Source: Parasitella parasitica NRRL 2501 | Taxonomy: Eukaryota > Fungi > Mucoromycota | Assembly (NCBI GenBank): GCA_025201805.1 | Contig: MU619366.1 | Location: 12,006-76,005 of the forward strand | Direction: 5' to 3' | DNA length: 64,000 nt | Part shown: positions 13,701 to 26,741 of the stretch, piece after piece | Layout of the letters: every line of letters begins with the position of its first letter | Numbering within the stretch: the stretch's first letter is position 1 | Made by a program: the position numbers and the translations under genes | Notes under the pieces: model-generated | Seen by the model: only the letters and a program-made list of their open reading frames with translations | What the model was told of the DNA's origin: nothing | Database searches by the model: none

Positions 13701-14667
13701 ATGCCAGCAAGATTTTGTTGCATAATACCTCTTAGAGGCGGTATCATCATTAGTGGCGTTATCATGTTCGTAAGTACACAGTCAATCCATATTTCAAGGT
13801 ACTCAAACTGTCCATATAGGTTGTGTCAGTTGCACTCCTCGGCGCCACCTTCACACATAGAAATCGTAAGTAACATGAATTTTTTACCATTGACTCTATA
13901 TTGACCAAAATCAGCCATGATCATCCATCTCTCACTGGTTCACGCCGCTCTTCCTTGGATTTACATTGGCTTTCTCAGTAAGTGAAATGCAAAAAAACTT
14001 CAGCGAAAGGACATGTCTGTTGACCCTTTAATCAAGTTGCTACGGCTGTCATATCTCTGTATACAATTGCTTCGGGAGCTATTGCAAGGTTAGGGATGAT
14101 GAGATCAAACAAATTCTTATTATGGTTATTGGTTTTTTTCTTGACCATTTGGGAGGCTGTTAGTTTCATCTTGGCTTTAGTTAATCGATCCAAGGCCCTT
14201 AGTGCTTGTGAGGCTGCAAATACATCATCATCACCTGACAGCACTTCAGCAAACAACACTACTTTTTCTGTGGCTGGTTATTCTACGACATTTTTGGGAA
14301 TGGAAATGGGCAACACTTATGGTTTAGCAAATTGTGCACAAGCAGTTCAAGCAGATGTCATCGGTAGCGCAATTATGTTGTTTGTGGGGCAACTATTGAT
14401 GGTGAGCACTGTTTGTGAATGGCTAAATAACAAGATATAGATTATTGACCATGATGTTAGTTTTATGCTGCAACGATTGTGGGATCTTACACAGCCAAAT
14501 TACGAGAGCGTAAATTAGGTCACCGTTTACGTGATCTCGAATGGGACGACAATTTAGATGAGCTCGCATCTAGTTATCGTGCTGATGCTCGAAACGCACC
14601 AAAATATCCCTTAAATGACCTGAAGAAGAAGAAAAAAGGATTTTTTAATTTTGGCAGCAAAAAGTAG
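13701..14667 (+). CDS. Uncharacterised 4-TM membrane protein, 5 exons
   Basis: Exons approx. 13701-13769, 13820-13865, 13915-13978, 14036-14401 and 14461-14667 splice in frame. N-terminal FCCIIPLRGG; two Cys in the large loop. Confidence 0.8.
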
Positions 14668-14745
14668 AAAAAATTAAAACCATGCATATCCTAAATTCTT
14701 ACTTTTAGACAAAATGTCTATATAGACAGAAATATTTTTTTTTTA

Positions 14746-16040
14746 TTAAAAATGCGTTCGTCTGGCATATTTTGGGTATGTTGGTTTAGTGGATTGAGGT
14801 GGCACAGGTGGTGGGGGAATATGCTCAGAATTCATACATATATTCAGTGTATTGTTTGCTGTCTGGGATAAAATAGTAGGTGTTTGCGTTGGCGTAGTCG
14901 AGGATGAATCATCGGTCTCAAATGGATTTGCGTTTGTTGCTGTCAAATATGGGTTATAATTATTAGGTCCTTCTTCCGTCTTATCATAGCTTTTACAACG
15001 TGTCCTACTCTCATTGCTATTGACACTAGCCGTATCAGCACCATCGTTAAACTTGGGTTGAAAGCCCTGTGTTAATAAAAGCGACTGCTCGGTGTTCATC
15101 ATTTTTTGCAAACTATCAGCATCCATAGAACGGCGAGGTTCTAGTTTACTGGGCAAATCATGCGATTCGTTATTGGTATGACTTCTATTACTGCTGTCGT
15201 CCATTTTCGACAAGAAGTTGTAAGGAACGGATCTTGACCGAGAATGAGAAACGTGGCTTTGGGTATACAATTTTGATATACCTAATATCGCCTGTGGTAG
15301 CATCGTAGGTTGCACGCCTGTTGCTTTATTCATTGGTGTCATCCAACTTGGGACTTTCTTGTTTCCTGCCTCTGATGAGTTTGCACTGATACTACTGTGG
15401 TTGGATGTCGAATCATGAAACTTGCTGACAACAGCCTCATTTGGTTGTGATCTTTTAATGATGGCATCAATGGCTTGTGTTTGAAATCTTGGCAGCGGTG
15501 CTGATGTAATGCGTGATCAGCTCAGAATATCATGTTCTTTCCTTTTTCCACAATTTACTTACCTCCTAAATATACAGTATCTCTATTTATCGTGCGTCCA
15601 TTTTGAGCATGAGCGATGAGTCGTAATATAGCAAAAAACTGTTCTTTTGTGAGCTCCTGTTTCTGATTTTGGAATAATGCGAGTATCTATCCAATATTCA
15701 AAACGTCAAGATATCTCCTTTTAAACAAGTAATAAGGCCACCACATAATTACCTCTTCTAATCTGTAGTCTGGTAACCCACAGCCAGATACAAAATTAAA
15801 AACAGCTTCATTATTTGCTTTACCAATATGAAAAGGGTCCAGATCTTTCCACCATGTCTGATAAGCATTGGATTCGATATCTGACAAATCGTCCAATTCA
15901 ATTTTTGGTGTAGCCGACAAAGCCTCCATATCAAATTGTCGTTGTGAATCCAACCGTCTTGATTCTTCTTGTCTCTTAATAAATACTCCAGATCTTTTTT
16001 CCAAGTTTCCTTGATGATAACGTCTAAATAGTTTATTCAT
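14746..16040 (-). CDS. Protein with an N-terminal EH-like (EF-hand) domain and a low-complexity, Pro-rich/NPF-containing C-terminus; possible endocytic adaptor
   Basis: YQTWWKDLDPFHIG...FVSGCGLPDYRLEEI...LTKEQFFAILRLIAHAQNG...APLPRF after splicing. NPF motif and PPPPVPP. Confidence 0.75.
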
Positions 16041-16457
16041 TTAGTTGCTCGTAGAAAGAAGAAAAATTAAGGGAGAAAAAGAGAAAAATACATCGAACTT
16101 TATGCACAAATTCAATGAGATTCGATGCTATTGGAAATGTCTTATTTTTCTATGCCAGACCTATAGGTGAGGGTTTTAGCAGATTTGCTATTACTGTTTG
16201 CATTGGTAAGGTTTGCTTTTAATAAATGTCGCATGCATTGAACAGAAGAAGTGAGTCAATTCCACATGTGAGTGAACATCATCATACATCATATCTAATA
16301 CAATTGCATGCTTGTGATGATGAATTCAGCATATGTCATCTGTAGTTAGGTTGAAATGAAAGATTATAGCATCGGTCATCAATTTAACCGAGGTTTTCAA
16401 GTCTTAAACCTTCAATCAGTCAGTCACAGCTACTTCTTCTCCTTCCTATCCACAGAA

Positions 16458-17513
16458 ATGCAAATTGTCCAAGGATTTAGTGACATATTCAAGCAAACGA
16501 GATATGATACAATTGCCTGTGACATTTACGGTGTAATTCATGATGGTATAAAGGCCTATCCGTATTCCAAAGACGCTCTTTTACAGTTGAAAAAGAATGG
16601 CGACCATGTTGTCTTGATGTCCAATTCTACCCGACTTCAAGACAAACTAAATGCAGCCATGACAGCTAAATTTGGTATTGATAGTAGTTACTACGACGAG
16701 ATCTTATCTAGCGGTGTGCTTACCAAGTTCTATTTAAAGGATTTGGCCGAGTATTTGGCTACAGGTCAGGTGCAACAACCTTCTTGTCATGCAACAGCAC
16801 TGCGTCATGGCACCAGCACTCAAATGATGCCCGATACGTTTGCCGCTAGATATCTCAAGACAGGCAAGTTCTTCTTGGCTGGCGACCCTGATTGGCAAGA
16901 GCCACTCTATATGCCTGTATCACCTACACTTACTCGGATGCATGATTGGGATGCTATGGAATTTGTCTTGTTGGGCTCCATTCGCGGTCTCTTCCCAGAT
17001 GAAAAACCGGTGAATTCATTCAGTGAAAAAGACGTACGAGCTGATTACCAACCTTTACTAGACAAATGTTTGGCAAGGAACGTTCCTATAATTTGCGCTA
17101 ATCCTGATATATTCGCACCTAATGGAGTAAATGAAGATGGAAGCGCTAAATTATTGATCTGTCCTGGTTATGTGGGGAAAATGTACGAGGAAATGGGAGG
17201 GGAAGTTTTGTATTTTGGTAAACCTTTCAAGAGCATTTATGATTCCTTGCAAACAAATAAGGCCGGATCAACAATCAAGCGTAATGAGACAGGAGCCACC
17301 ACTAAAATTGTTTGCGTCGGTGATAACATCGCCACAGATGTCAAAGGTGCAACTGTAGCAGGATTAGACGTGGTGATGATTCTTGGAGGTGTTCATTGGG
17401 AAGATTTAAAAAATACAAAAGACGACGAGGAATTGAAGGAAAGAGTTAGACATCTGTGCAAGACACATGGCAGTAAAGAGCCTACTTATCTCATGCCAGC
17501 ACTCAAATATTAA
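16458..17513 (+). CDS. HAD-superfamily subfamily IIA hydrolase/phosphatase, intronless
   Basis: Motifs CDIYGVIHDG, MSNS, CANPD, GKP and VGDNIATDVKGA. Confidence 0.9.
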   Translation: MQIVQGFSDIFKQTRYDTIACDIYGVIHDGIKAYPYSKDALLQLKKNGDHVVLMSNSTRLQDKLNAAMTAKFGIDSSYYDEILSSGVLTKFYLKDLAEYLATGQVQQPSCHATALRHGTSTQMMPDTFAARYLKTGKFFLAGDPDWQEPLYMPVSPTLTRMHDWDAMEFVLLGSIRGLFPDEKPVNSFSEKDVRADYQPLLDKCLARNVPIICANPDIFAPNGVNEDGSAKLLICPGYVGKMYEEMGGEVLYFGKPFKSIYDSLQTNKAGSTIKRNETGATTKIVCVGDNIATDVKGATVAGLDVVMILGGVHWEDLKNTKDDEELKERVRHLCKTHGSKEPTYLMPALKY

Positions 17514-17930
17514 GAAATAAAAGTTTAGACATCTGTTTAGAATAAGGCTTATAGTGGATCAGAGACTCGCTGCATATACGGTATTGTACTGTACACAATC
17601 AGAAAAATGCATGCTTGAAAAGTGATTGTAATGGTTGCCTAGTTACTGCTATTTTCAATTAATAGTAATAGTAGCAATGTCAATGGTTACTAACCAACAG
17701 CGACATTTGCCCAACTACCGATATCTACTATTTGATATATAAAAAGATCAAGAATTTTGACAGATTTGTTGGTGTTAATTTCCTAATGTGATCTCAGCAA
17801 GCAATGAGAAGCCCAGGAAGACAGGCAAGGCAGTAGAAAATGATATGAGAGGGAAGACAAGAGACTGTTGATTTCCGTTTTTTTTTCTTTCCTTCTTTCC
17901 TTTTAATCATATAAACTATTGTTGAATGTC

Positions 17931-18802
17931 ATGAATTTGTCTGGGGCATTAATAGACAACGCACATGTCATAAAAGTACCAGAATACTTTTATGCAGTTG
18001 ATATTAATTATTTGACACATATGATAGGTAAGTTCACTTCAGAATTTCAATACTGTGTATTAACAGCCATCTCTTCGCCATCCCTCTCTTCTCTGCATCT
18101 ATAGCTGATATGTTAAGTAGACTTATTTCTCACAACGATCTTATACCATTGACACCTAGCAACCTAACGCGTTTTCATTCTCGAACACCACCAAATATAT
18201 CCCTTACCGATTACTTGCGAAGAATTGTGAAATACACATCCGTAGAAAAATCTTGTTTATTAATTTTGCTAATATACATTGATCGTGTATGTGAGCTTCA
18301 TCCACACTTTACGGTATCATCATTGACAGTACATCGATTCTTAATTACAGCAGTAACTGTATCATCAAAAGCACTATGCGATTCATATTGTACAAATTCG
18401 CATTACGCAAAAGTAGGAGGTATATCAACTCAGGAAATAAATGCATTGGAATTGGAATTTCTTTCATTAATCGACTGGCATCTTGCTTCAACTGGACCTA
18501 TCTTACAGCAGTATTATGCAAATTTAGTCGAACAACACCCCTGTTATGAAAGAATCTTATACAATCAACAAGATGTGGTGCCAAAACTGCATGGTAATAA
18601 AAAACGACGAAGGAGCAGTGCTGAGGAAGAGGCATCAGCAGCTACAGCAGCAATTCTGGATGAACAATCATCTTCATCCGATGAGGACCAAGAAAAAATC
18701 CGAAAGAATTCTTTAGATATTAGTATAAAGATTCAGGAAGAAGCCACAAAGAAGCATTTTGATACACTATTATATGATGAAACCATACCCTATATTGCTT
18801 AA
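17931..18802 (+). CDS. PHO80: Pho80/PREG-type cyclin, 2 exons
   Basis: LTRFHSRTPPNISLTDYLRRI...LIYIDR...TVHRFLI...KALCDSYCTNSHYAKVGGI...LELEFL. Intron approx. 18028-18104. Confidence 0.88.
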
Positions 18803-19288
18803 AAAGATGATATATGCATTATTGAACGTTTGATTCTGTATTACACCACCAAACAAAAAGCCATCCCCCCTTCCTAAATGGATTTTCGTTGCAACACCTC
18901 GTGAGGTCACCTCCACCAAATCAACATTGTTTATATTTTTTTGATCCAATCAAAGCAAGAACACCTTGTTCTTTTTCCTTCATAGACACACAATCCACCT
19001 GCAAAAAAAAAAAAAAAAAAAAAAAAAACGAAACGAAAAAGAATTACGCTGGCGTTTTTTTTTATAAATCAATCCCAATTTCTTTATGTAAACTTATAAC
19101 TTAATAATAGAAAATCTAATTTATTTTTTTTTCTTTTACTTTATCTATCAATGTACATTGTCTCTTGGTGATTTCTGCTTTCAGATAGGGTTCTTTAAAG
19201 AGTCACGCATTTTTGTTATTTACTAGCACTGTACCCCAAGTCATATTTTGTAGTGCTAGCAACCTTTTCTCTGGACATCAATAATACC

Positions 19289-19643
19289 ATGAGTTGGTCT
19301 GGTAGCTTTTCACAAATCTACGTCGATCCTCAGCATTTGCAGGAAGCTGAACAACAAGTGGATGCCTTTATGGGCATGTTTAGTAGGTAAAATTTAGGAC
19401 AAATCAAGTTGGCATCATATAATCTAATGGCTTTTGGTCAGGATCATGGCAGCTTGTCAACATAAATGTATTCCCAGTAATTATCACGAACCCGATTTAA
19501 ACAAAGGAGAACAGAAATGTATAGATCGTTGTGTTGGGAAATACATGTCGATACAAGGTATTCTGGGCGAGAAAATGAAGCATTTAGCACCTGGATATTC
19601 GTCAACAACAAATAACGATGGATTTTCGCCTGATAGTCATTGA
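19289..19643 (+). CDS. TIM10: Mitochondrial small Tim chaperone (Tim10-like), 2 exons
   Basis: Twin CX3C motif: ACQHKCI...YHEPDLNKGEQKCIDRCVGKY. Confidence 0.85.
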
Positions 19644-19705
19644 TCTAGAGCATCGTTATAGTATATAGAGTCAATTGTATCTTTATTAAAAAAAAAAAAA
19701 GGGTT

Positions 19706-20675
19706 TTATTTAGAAGGTGGGGGAACGTTTGCAAATGAGTGTTGAGGTAGCATTCTATTTTGACGGAAGAGATAATTCATATAACCTCCAAGATATGTGG
19801 AATTATCGGGAAACAATTCACGAAGCTTTTCATAGTAAAAAAATACGCACATAGTCCAATATATCTAAAGGAAATCAGTTAAGCATTTGGAGTTTCATTG
19901 CTTGTCATCTGGATACGTACGTAGCAAAAACCCATAAGGAAAAAAACCGCTATTGAGAATTTGATTTCATCTTCCCATAGCTTTTCACAATTGTAAACGG
20001 TTGTTGGTGGTAGTGTCTCGATATTGTAATAGGTGCTGTTGAGATTGATGCCCTGCATGGTCTCATCAACTACATTTTGGGAACTTTGTAAACACCAATC
20101 CATGTATTGCGGTTTTTGGACACCAAATATGATTATGTTTGCAAAAATATCAGCCAAATAGATGGGCACTGTAAAAATTAAAAGCGCAGCGCCCGATTGA
20201 AGTTTGTTAGGAAGATTCTATGATACTATGTTAGCAAACTGTATGACGTTGAATCGTACACAAGCATAAATCTCACCACAAACAATCCGTACAGTATCCA
20301 CGCCGCCACTAAAGCGAATACAATTGATATTGATCCAAGCGTTATTAATGCTGGTCTATTAAGAAAAGAAAATATAGCTGTTATATAGATATACTGTTAG
20401 CATTGTCGAATCGCCGTATCCGCTCATAGTACTCTTACGGGTATAGCCTTGGAAAGATAATGCTGCGATATATACATTGACACCCTACATAATGGTGATT
20501 GCATAGTCAGAAAATATTTCTTTTGCTTTCTTTTGTAAAAATACGTTACTAGCCATATTGCGCAAGCAAGAGCACAACCACCTCGGAGAGACATGCATGT
20601 ACACCACTTTCTGCGATAAGCCTTTGGATCAAGATATCTTTGTTCAAATGTAACAGGTTTATGGAAAAGCACCAT
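19706..20675 (-). CDS. Uncharacterised 4-TM membrane protein, paralog of 13701-14667, multi-exon
   Basis: WCTCMSLRGG N-terminus, hydrophobic segments and a WC...YNC loop. The final exon 19864-19706 is in frame. Confidence 0.78.
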
Positions 20676-20949
20676 GATTTAATCTATAATTTTGTAATAT
20701 TAAAGAAAACAGTGATTTGTTAATATTTTGAGGTTTTTATACAACATTTGAATAAAAGAAAACATTACTTATTTGGGAAGTGTGATACATGAAAGCTTAA
20801 TATGGTAGATCTCCTTTATTTTGTGTAGAGCCATCCGTACCATTGCTGCTACATTACTACACGCCATGAAAACCCCGGTCACATGGGGTTCAGTATTTTC
20901 GTTTATTCTGCAATTTGTTAAAAGAGAGTACTATTTTAAAAGTAGCATA

Positions 20950-22000
20950 CTGATTCAGATCAAATAGTTAAAGCTGAATAAAAACTACAAACAATAGAGT
21001 AGATGATGGGCTTCTTTTTGATAGTAGTCTCATACGGTAAAAGTGCCAATCGAATGCACGCTCCGCTTTTGAAGTCTGAGCTTTTTGAAAGCCAACGAAA
21101 AAGTTGTCAGGCTTTGTGTAAACTCGCTGAAATATGGACAAATGGCGAGCAACTGACAGGAAATTAGTATCAAAAGTCTTACAAAAGTCTAATGCATACT
21201 ATCGCTTTGATTTCAAGTGATTAGGTTTGAGGCTGTTTCTATTTTGAGTGGTGTATCTCGCTTTGGAAATATACTTGGATAAATTGTTTCACTGACCAGC
21301 TTAACAGAATTTATGGAAAAGACAAATCTCGAATAGAAATTAAACGTTCTTAAAATCCTTCAGTCTTGCTTCGAGGCTCCTTATTACTAACCCATTTTAA
21401 GGTAAATTACTACAAGTAATTTGTCTCGAAATAATCTTTGTTCTTCAACGAATTCTGCAGCTCATGAATTTAAGTTTTTGATCAATTAAGATTCATAACA
21501 TCTGTTTTGCGTTTTTCTCTTTTCATACAAAGTACGTGTGTATTTATGCCCATCTGATTAATACTCTATCGAAATTGAATAAAAATAAATTACATTTAGA
21601 TCATGAAAACGAACAGTAGTAGAAAACGACTCATAGCTTTGTGCTGGTGACATTCTGAATTCTTTGACATCTCAATTTGAGGACTTGAAAGATCTCGAAG
21701 TGTCAAATGAAGCATCGCTGGAGTAACGACATGCACATTTCTATCAAAAACCAACTTTGACCCCAAGGCAAGGATTACACTGAGCAGTTTTGGAGAAATG
21801 GATAAAATCTGCCGCAAAGAAGTACAGTTGAATGTAAGTATGCACAACTTTGCGATCTCCATGGATACTATTTGTGCCAAATCAATCACTGTTCACACAT
21901 CGAACTTTTAAATTAGCTGCTTGCTTGATAAACATTCGCTTATACTGCGCATGTGACAACCTTACAATGAAATCGAAAAATCGAATGCCAATTATTTTCC
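20950..22000 (-). pseudogene. Degenerate coding relic (F-box/LRR-like), many stops
   Basis: Fragments such as LRQILSISPKL and FSEFTQSLTTF in different frames. Confidence 0.2.
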
Positions 22001-22299
22001 AAGGTTGCACCAAAACGGGCACAATTTATTAGCCGCAATATGTCTGGGTATGATAATCTGTCAAATTCAACTCTTTTTGCATTATCTCACTGGATTCTTC
22101 TCGTTCAAGGTTTTTTCATTGGTACCTTTTACAGCGAGAAACAGATGGGGTGACACCTTTTTTTTTTTTTTTTTCCTTCTTTTTTTTCCTATAGTGAAGC
22201 TCCAATGTTCTCTGCATCTTTTTCTTCCTTGCTCATTTTTTTTTCTATACGAAAAATCATTACAACAATTATTTCTTTGTTGTACTAAAGATACACACT

Positions 22300-24213
22300 A
22301 TGGCCGCTTGGGTTGATAAATTAAACGATGCCGTAGCTCGATCATTTGTTGGAAGACATTTCCAATTGGACGGCTCAGGCCACAGGAGAGAGAGAAAAAA
22401 CACAAAATTTACCACTGAGCTTCGTGCTGGCCTCACTGTGTTTTTTGCCATGGTAATTAGACTTGTGCATGTGTGGAGAAATGACAGCTACAAGTACTTA
22501 ATACATCTGGTTTTGCAAATAGGCTTACATCATCTCTGTCAATGCTTCTATAATTTCAGAGAGTGGCGGGCCTTGCGTCTGTGAAGGCACCGCTGCCGAC
22601 CCTACTTGCGATAACGATGCGGCTTACATGTCTTGTGTTTATGAAGTTAAGCTTGATTTGATCATGGCTACTTCTATTTGCGCAATGATTTCAAGTGTCC
22701 TTATTGGTGTTTTTGCCAATCTGCCTCTTGGTATGGCCCCTGGGTAAAGTCCATGTGCATGTAGAAAGACTAATTTGTGATGCTAACCCTTTTTTTTTTT
22801 TTGTGCAATAGTATGGGTTTAAATGCTTATTTTACCTACACAATTGTTGGCTATCATGGCTCTGGTAAAGTTTCTTATGAAACGGCTTTGGCTGCAGTAT
22901 TTATTGAAGGCATAATTTTCTTTGTGCTATCATTATTTGGTGTTCGTCAATGGTTTGCACGTATCATCCCTATGAGCATCAAGGTTGCCATGGGCTGTGG
23001 CATCGGCCTGTATCTTTGCTTTATCGGGCTTCAATCGTCTGCTGGTATTGGTTTGGTAGGTTTGGATTTATCAACGCTAGTAACATTAGGCGGTTGTCCA
23101 GCTGAGGCGCTTGATGCCAATGGTGTATGTGCTTATGGACGTATGACATCGCCCACTCTGTATATGGGCCTTTTGGGTTTGGTTGTGATGTCTCTTCTGT
23201 TGATGTATCGTGTCCGAGGTGCGATATTGATTGCTATCATTGCTATCGCCATCACATCGTGGCCTCGTAACAGTCCTATCACTTACTTTCCTTACACGGC
23301 TTCTGGCGATGAAATGTTCAACTACTTTAAAAAGGTTGTTACAGTCAGCAATTTGAAGCATGTATTGGGTAGATTCGACTTCAATTTCAGCAACAAGGAA
23401 ATCTGGATTGCCTTGGTTACTTTTCTGTATGTCGATATCTTGGATACAACTGGTACCATGTATTCCATGGCGCGGTATGGCGGGTTTACTGATAAGTCTG
23501 GCGATTTCGAGCACTCTACTCGTGCCTTCTTGACTGACGCTTGCTGTGTATCTATCGGTGCTTGTTTTGGTACGTCTTCTTGTACCACTTTTGTTGAATC
23601 TGGTGCTGGTATCGCTGAAGGTGGACGTACTGGTATTACTGCCATCACTGTCGCATTCGGTTTCTTCATCAGTATTTTCTTTTCCCCCATTTTTGCTAGT
23701 TTCCCTCCATGGTCTACAGGCCCTGCGCTGATTTTGGTCGGATCCATGATGACATCCAGTGCTCGTAACATCAACTGGGATTATCCAGGAGATGCCATCC
23801 CTTCCTTTATCACAATGGCCGTCATGCCTTTTACTTACTCTATTGCTTATGGTATCATTGGCGGTATTTTTGCCTATATAATTATTAATGGTGTTGTCTT
23901 GATTATTGACAAGCTTTCTGGCGGACGTATCCATCCTGATTATTCTCAGCGTGAAAACTGGTGGACAGCTGTATTTTCTCGTTCTTTCTTGCCATTATGG
24001 GTGCGCTTTCTTGTTGCGAAAGCCCGAGGACAAAAAGAGTTCGACTGGCATCAAGATGATTTTGAATTAGACGATGAAGTCGAAATCGCCCAAGATCAGC
24101 CTCACGAATCCGAAAGCAATAGTCCTACTGTTGTTGTAAATAGCTCCATTCACGAAACGCCCTCGCAAACACGGTTAGAAACTATGGATTCGCTGGGTCG
24201 TGAGAAGCACTAA
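22300..24213 (+). CDS. azgA: AzgA/NCS2-family purine (adenine/guanine/hypoxanthine) permease, 3 exons
   Basis: TELRAGLTVFFAMAYII, ANLPLGMAPGMGLNAYF, DILDTTGT, FVESGAGIAEGGRTG and MPFTYSIAYG. Confidence 0.93.
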
Positions 24214-24488
24214 CAGCAAAATCGCTGATTTTAATCAGTTCTATACATATATACTAGACGAAAATTGCCTTAAAACCCAATAAATCGAATGTTTTTCATA
24301 CTATCTCTAAACACTCAAAGCCCCCCCCCCCCTCCGCATCTCTCGGTGCCAACTACTTTATAATAACTGCTCGACCAATTACAGGCTAAAAGCGGCTCCA
24401 GCTTTTAGCATTGGGAGGTCTAAGTTTTTTCGTGTTTCTTATTTTTTTTTTCTTTTGATTATTATCTATTATAAAATACTCGAATATT

Positions 24489-25134
24489 ATGGACTCTGGC
24501 GGGGGATTTCTGAATGATGCAGAACCAGACATGGGCAATAAAGGCGCAATGACAGTCGAACAAGAACATATCGAGCAGAGGCATATCGATAAAATTGACC
24601 AAGCTTATGTTAATATTACAAGAAAATTTCGAAAAAGGTATAATTCAATTATAAATAGATTGTGCTACAAATCAAATTAATTAAGACCTATTAAAANNNN
24701 NNNNNNNNNNNNNNNNNNNNNNNNNNNNNNNNNNNNNNNNNNNNNNNNNNNNNNNNNNNNNAAAAAAAAAAAAAAGAGTCGAGAAAGTAGGAGGCTACGA
24801 AAGTTTACCAGAGTTATGGCAAGATTTCGCACCTGTCATCTTGGCCACCATTCATCTAAGATCGCCCGTTCAAAGAATGCTAAGTTATACAGGCGATTTC
24901 CACGAATTTTGTGATGCATTTAAAGATGATACAGATCTGCATGAGTACAGAGAATACTTTGATGCCATGGATTTTGCTTGGTGTCGAGTGCTAAAAGACA
25001 AAAATCCAACCGAAACTGACAAAGTCCGTGTCGTCAATACGTTGAGAGATGGACAAGACAGAGCAGCTCAGCTTGGACTACAGGAGGTATATCCGCATGC
25101 AACAGACATCGCTGACGGTGATTTCGATTATTAA
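24489..25134 (+). CDS. Small conserved protein, possibly Tfb6-like (TFIIH-associated), 2 exons
   Basis: ITRKFRKR...GGYESLPEL..DF...DFAW..VL...TETDKVRV resembles the Tfb6 pattern from memory. The intron contains a gap. Confidence 0.55.
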
Positions 25135-25527
25135 AAAATAGTCAGGGAACCATCATTCCAATTTTAGCAAAATGGTGAAGGTCGTTCTGGGCCAATATAT
25201 CATTTGTTATAGGCCATCCATTTGGGGATTCCATTTGTATTACATACTCAAATAAAATACAAGTTTTTACTTGGTTTTGGGCTAAACGATAGCACAGAGA
25301 TTATATATAAATATTTGCTGTTCAATGGAAATGAATGTCTCGTCCAGCTTCGGGGGTGAGGGGGAACTTTTTGTGATTTGGCTAATATGTTTAGAGGCAT
25401 ACACAACAGTGTTACCATACTTCAATGTCCTTTCAAATTTTTTTAGTATTTAATTGTCGAGCGTACAAAATCTCTGTGCGTGTGTGTCTCTTTCTCCTCT
25501 CTTTTCTCCCCAATTGTTCTTGACAAC

Positions 25528-26613
25528 ATGAAATTTTCTATCGCTGCTATTTCTGCCTTCGTTTTATCGTCGGCAGTTTCGTACACAACCGCCGATTCAT
25601 ATTCTGATGCTATGAAATCTTGGTGTGGTGGTAACTGTCAATTAAACAGAGCAATCAAAGCTAGATGCTAACAACAAACCAGGTCTTGCTGTCACTGCTC
25701 CTAGTTCATCAACTGTCACTGTTGCTGGTCAAAAGACGAAAATCACAGTTAGTAAGTGATATAAAAATAAAAATTAAAAAAGATGCACATATTACATGTT
25801 CACTCAACCTATGCTATTTATAGCAAGAAAGCCTGATGCACGCACAAAGACAATTACTGGCCTCGATGTAATAATGTAGCACATTCATCCTTTTAAACAT
25901 GCGATTATTGACATTCTTCACATTTAACAACTAGTTGTACTCTGTTGATAGCGCTGGAAAGGCCAAATACGTTCAAAATGTTTGGTCAGGCAGCTACGCA
26001 TTAAACACTAAGGCTACGATTTCCGATGAAATTCCTTCCAACGTCAAGGCTGGCCTATACTATTATCGGTAAGGAAATAGCTCTGTTTTGAAATTAAAAA
26101 AAAAAAAAAAAAAAGGGCTAACTGTATCTTAGTGTTTGGGTTACCAACATGATCAACAAGCAACACGGCCCTGACTGTATTGAGACTTCTCGTACATTCA
26201 AGGTCACCACTGGCTCCCATACTAATGCTGCTGGCGATATCGAATACGCCGAATCTCTTCATGATAACAGCATCTATCCTGAGACACATCAAAATGGTTG
26301 TTTTGGCTTGTCTGTTGATTATCCAGCGGAAGGCAGCACTTTTAAAGCCAACGACCATGTTCGTCTGCAAGCCAATCGTGATTCATCGTCTCAGACTGAT
26401 GCGTTGACCAAGATCGATCTTTACAAGGGGGATACTTTGGTCAACACTGCTTGGAGTGGATCCGAGTCTTTCCAAAGCTCTTTTGTTTTAAAAGACCATT
26501 TAGTCTTGAAGGATATTGACACCTCTGCTAGCTACCACTACAAGGTCTATGTTACTTCCAAGTCTTCCAGCACTTGTACTTTTGAATCCAAAAAGTTCAA
26601 GATTTCCAACTAG
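25528..26613 (+). CDS. Secreted protein with a signal peptide and two tandem related beta-rich domains, multi-exon
   Basis: Signal MKFSIAAISAFVLSSAVSYTTA. Four short upstream exons splice into the 26149-26613 frame. Confidence 0.82.
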
Positions 26614-26741
26614 AGATCATCATTCGATAGATATCTGTGATACAAGATCGCCTCTTTCGTTTCTCCTTCAGTTCTTCCGTCTTTCAGTCCTCGGTTTCCG
26701 TCCCTCCCATTAACAATATATTAAATAAACTGGTTTTATTG

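Noticed and set aside
16250-18802. Phosphate-regulon pair (HAD phosphatase next to PHO80)
   Set aside because: Adjacency only; the upstream E-box is CACATG, not the canonical CACGTG.
23086-23934. 282-aa antisense ORF in the purine permease (and similar ones in RPS8, the GT fusion and Rictor)
   Set aside because: Antisense shadows of codon-biased genes; no motifs.
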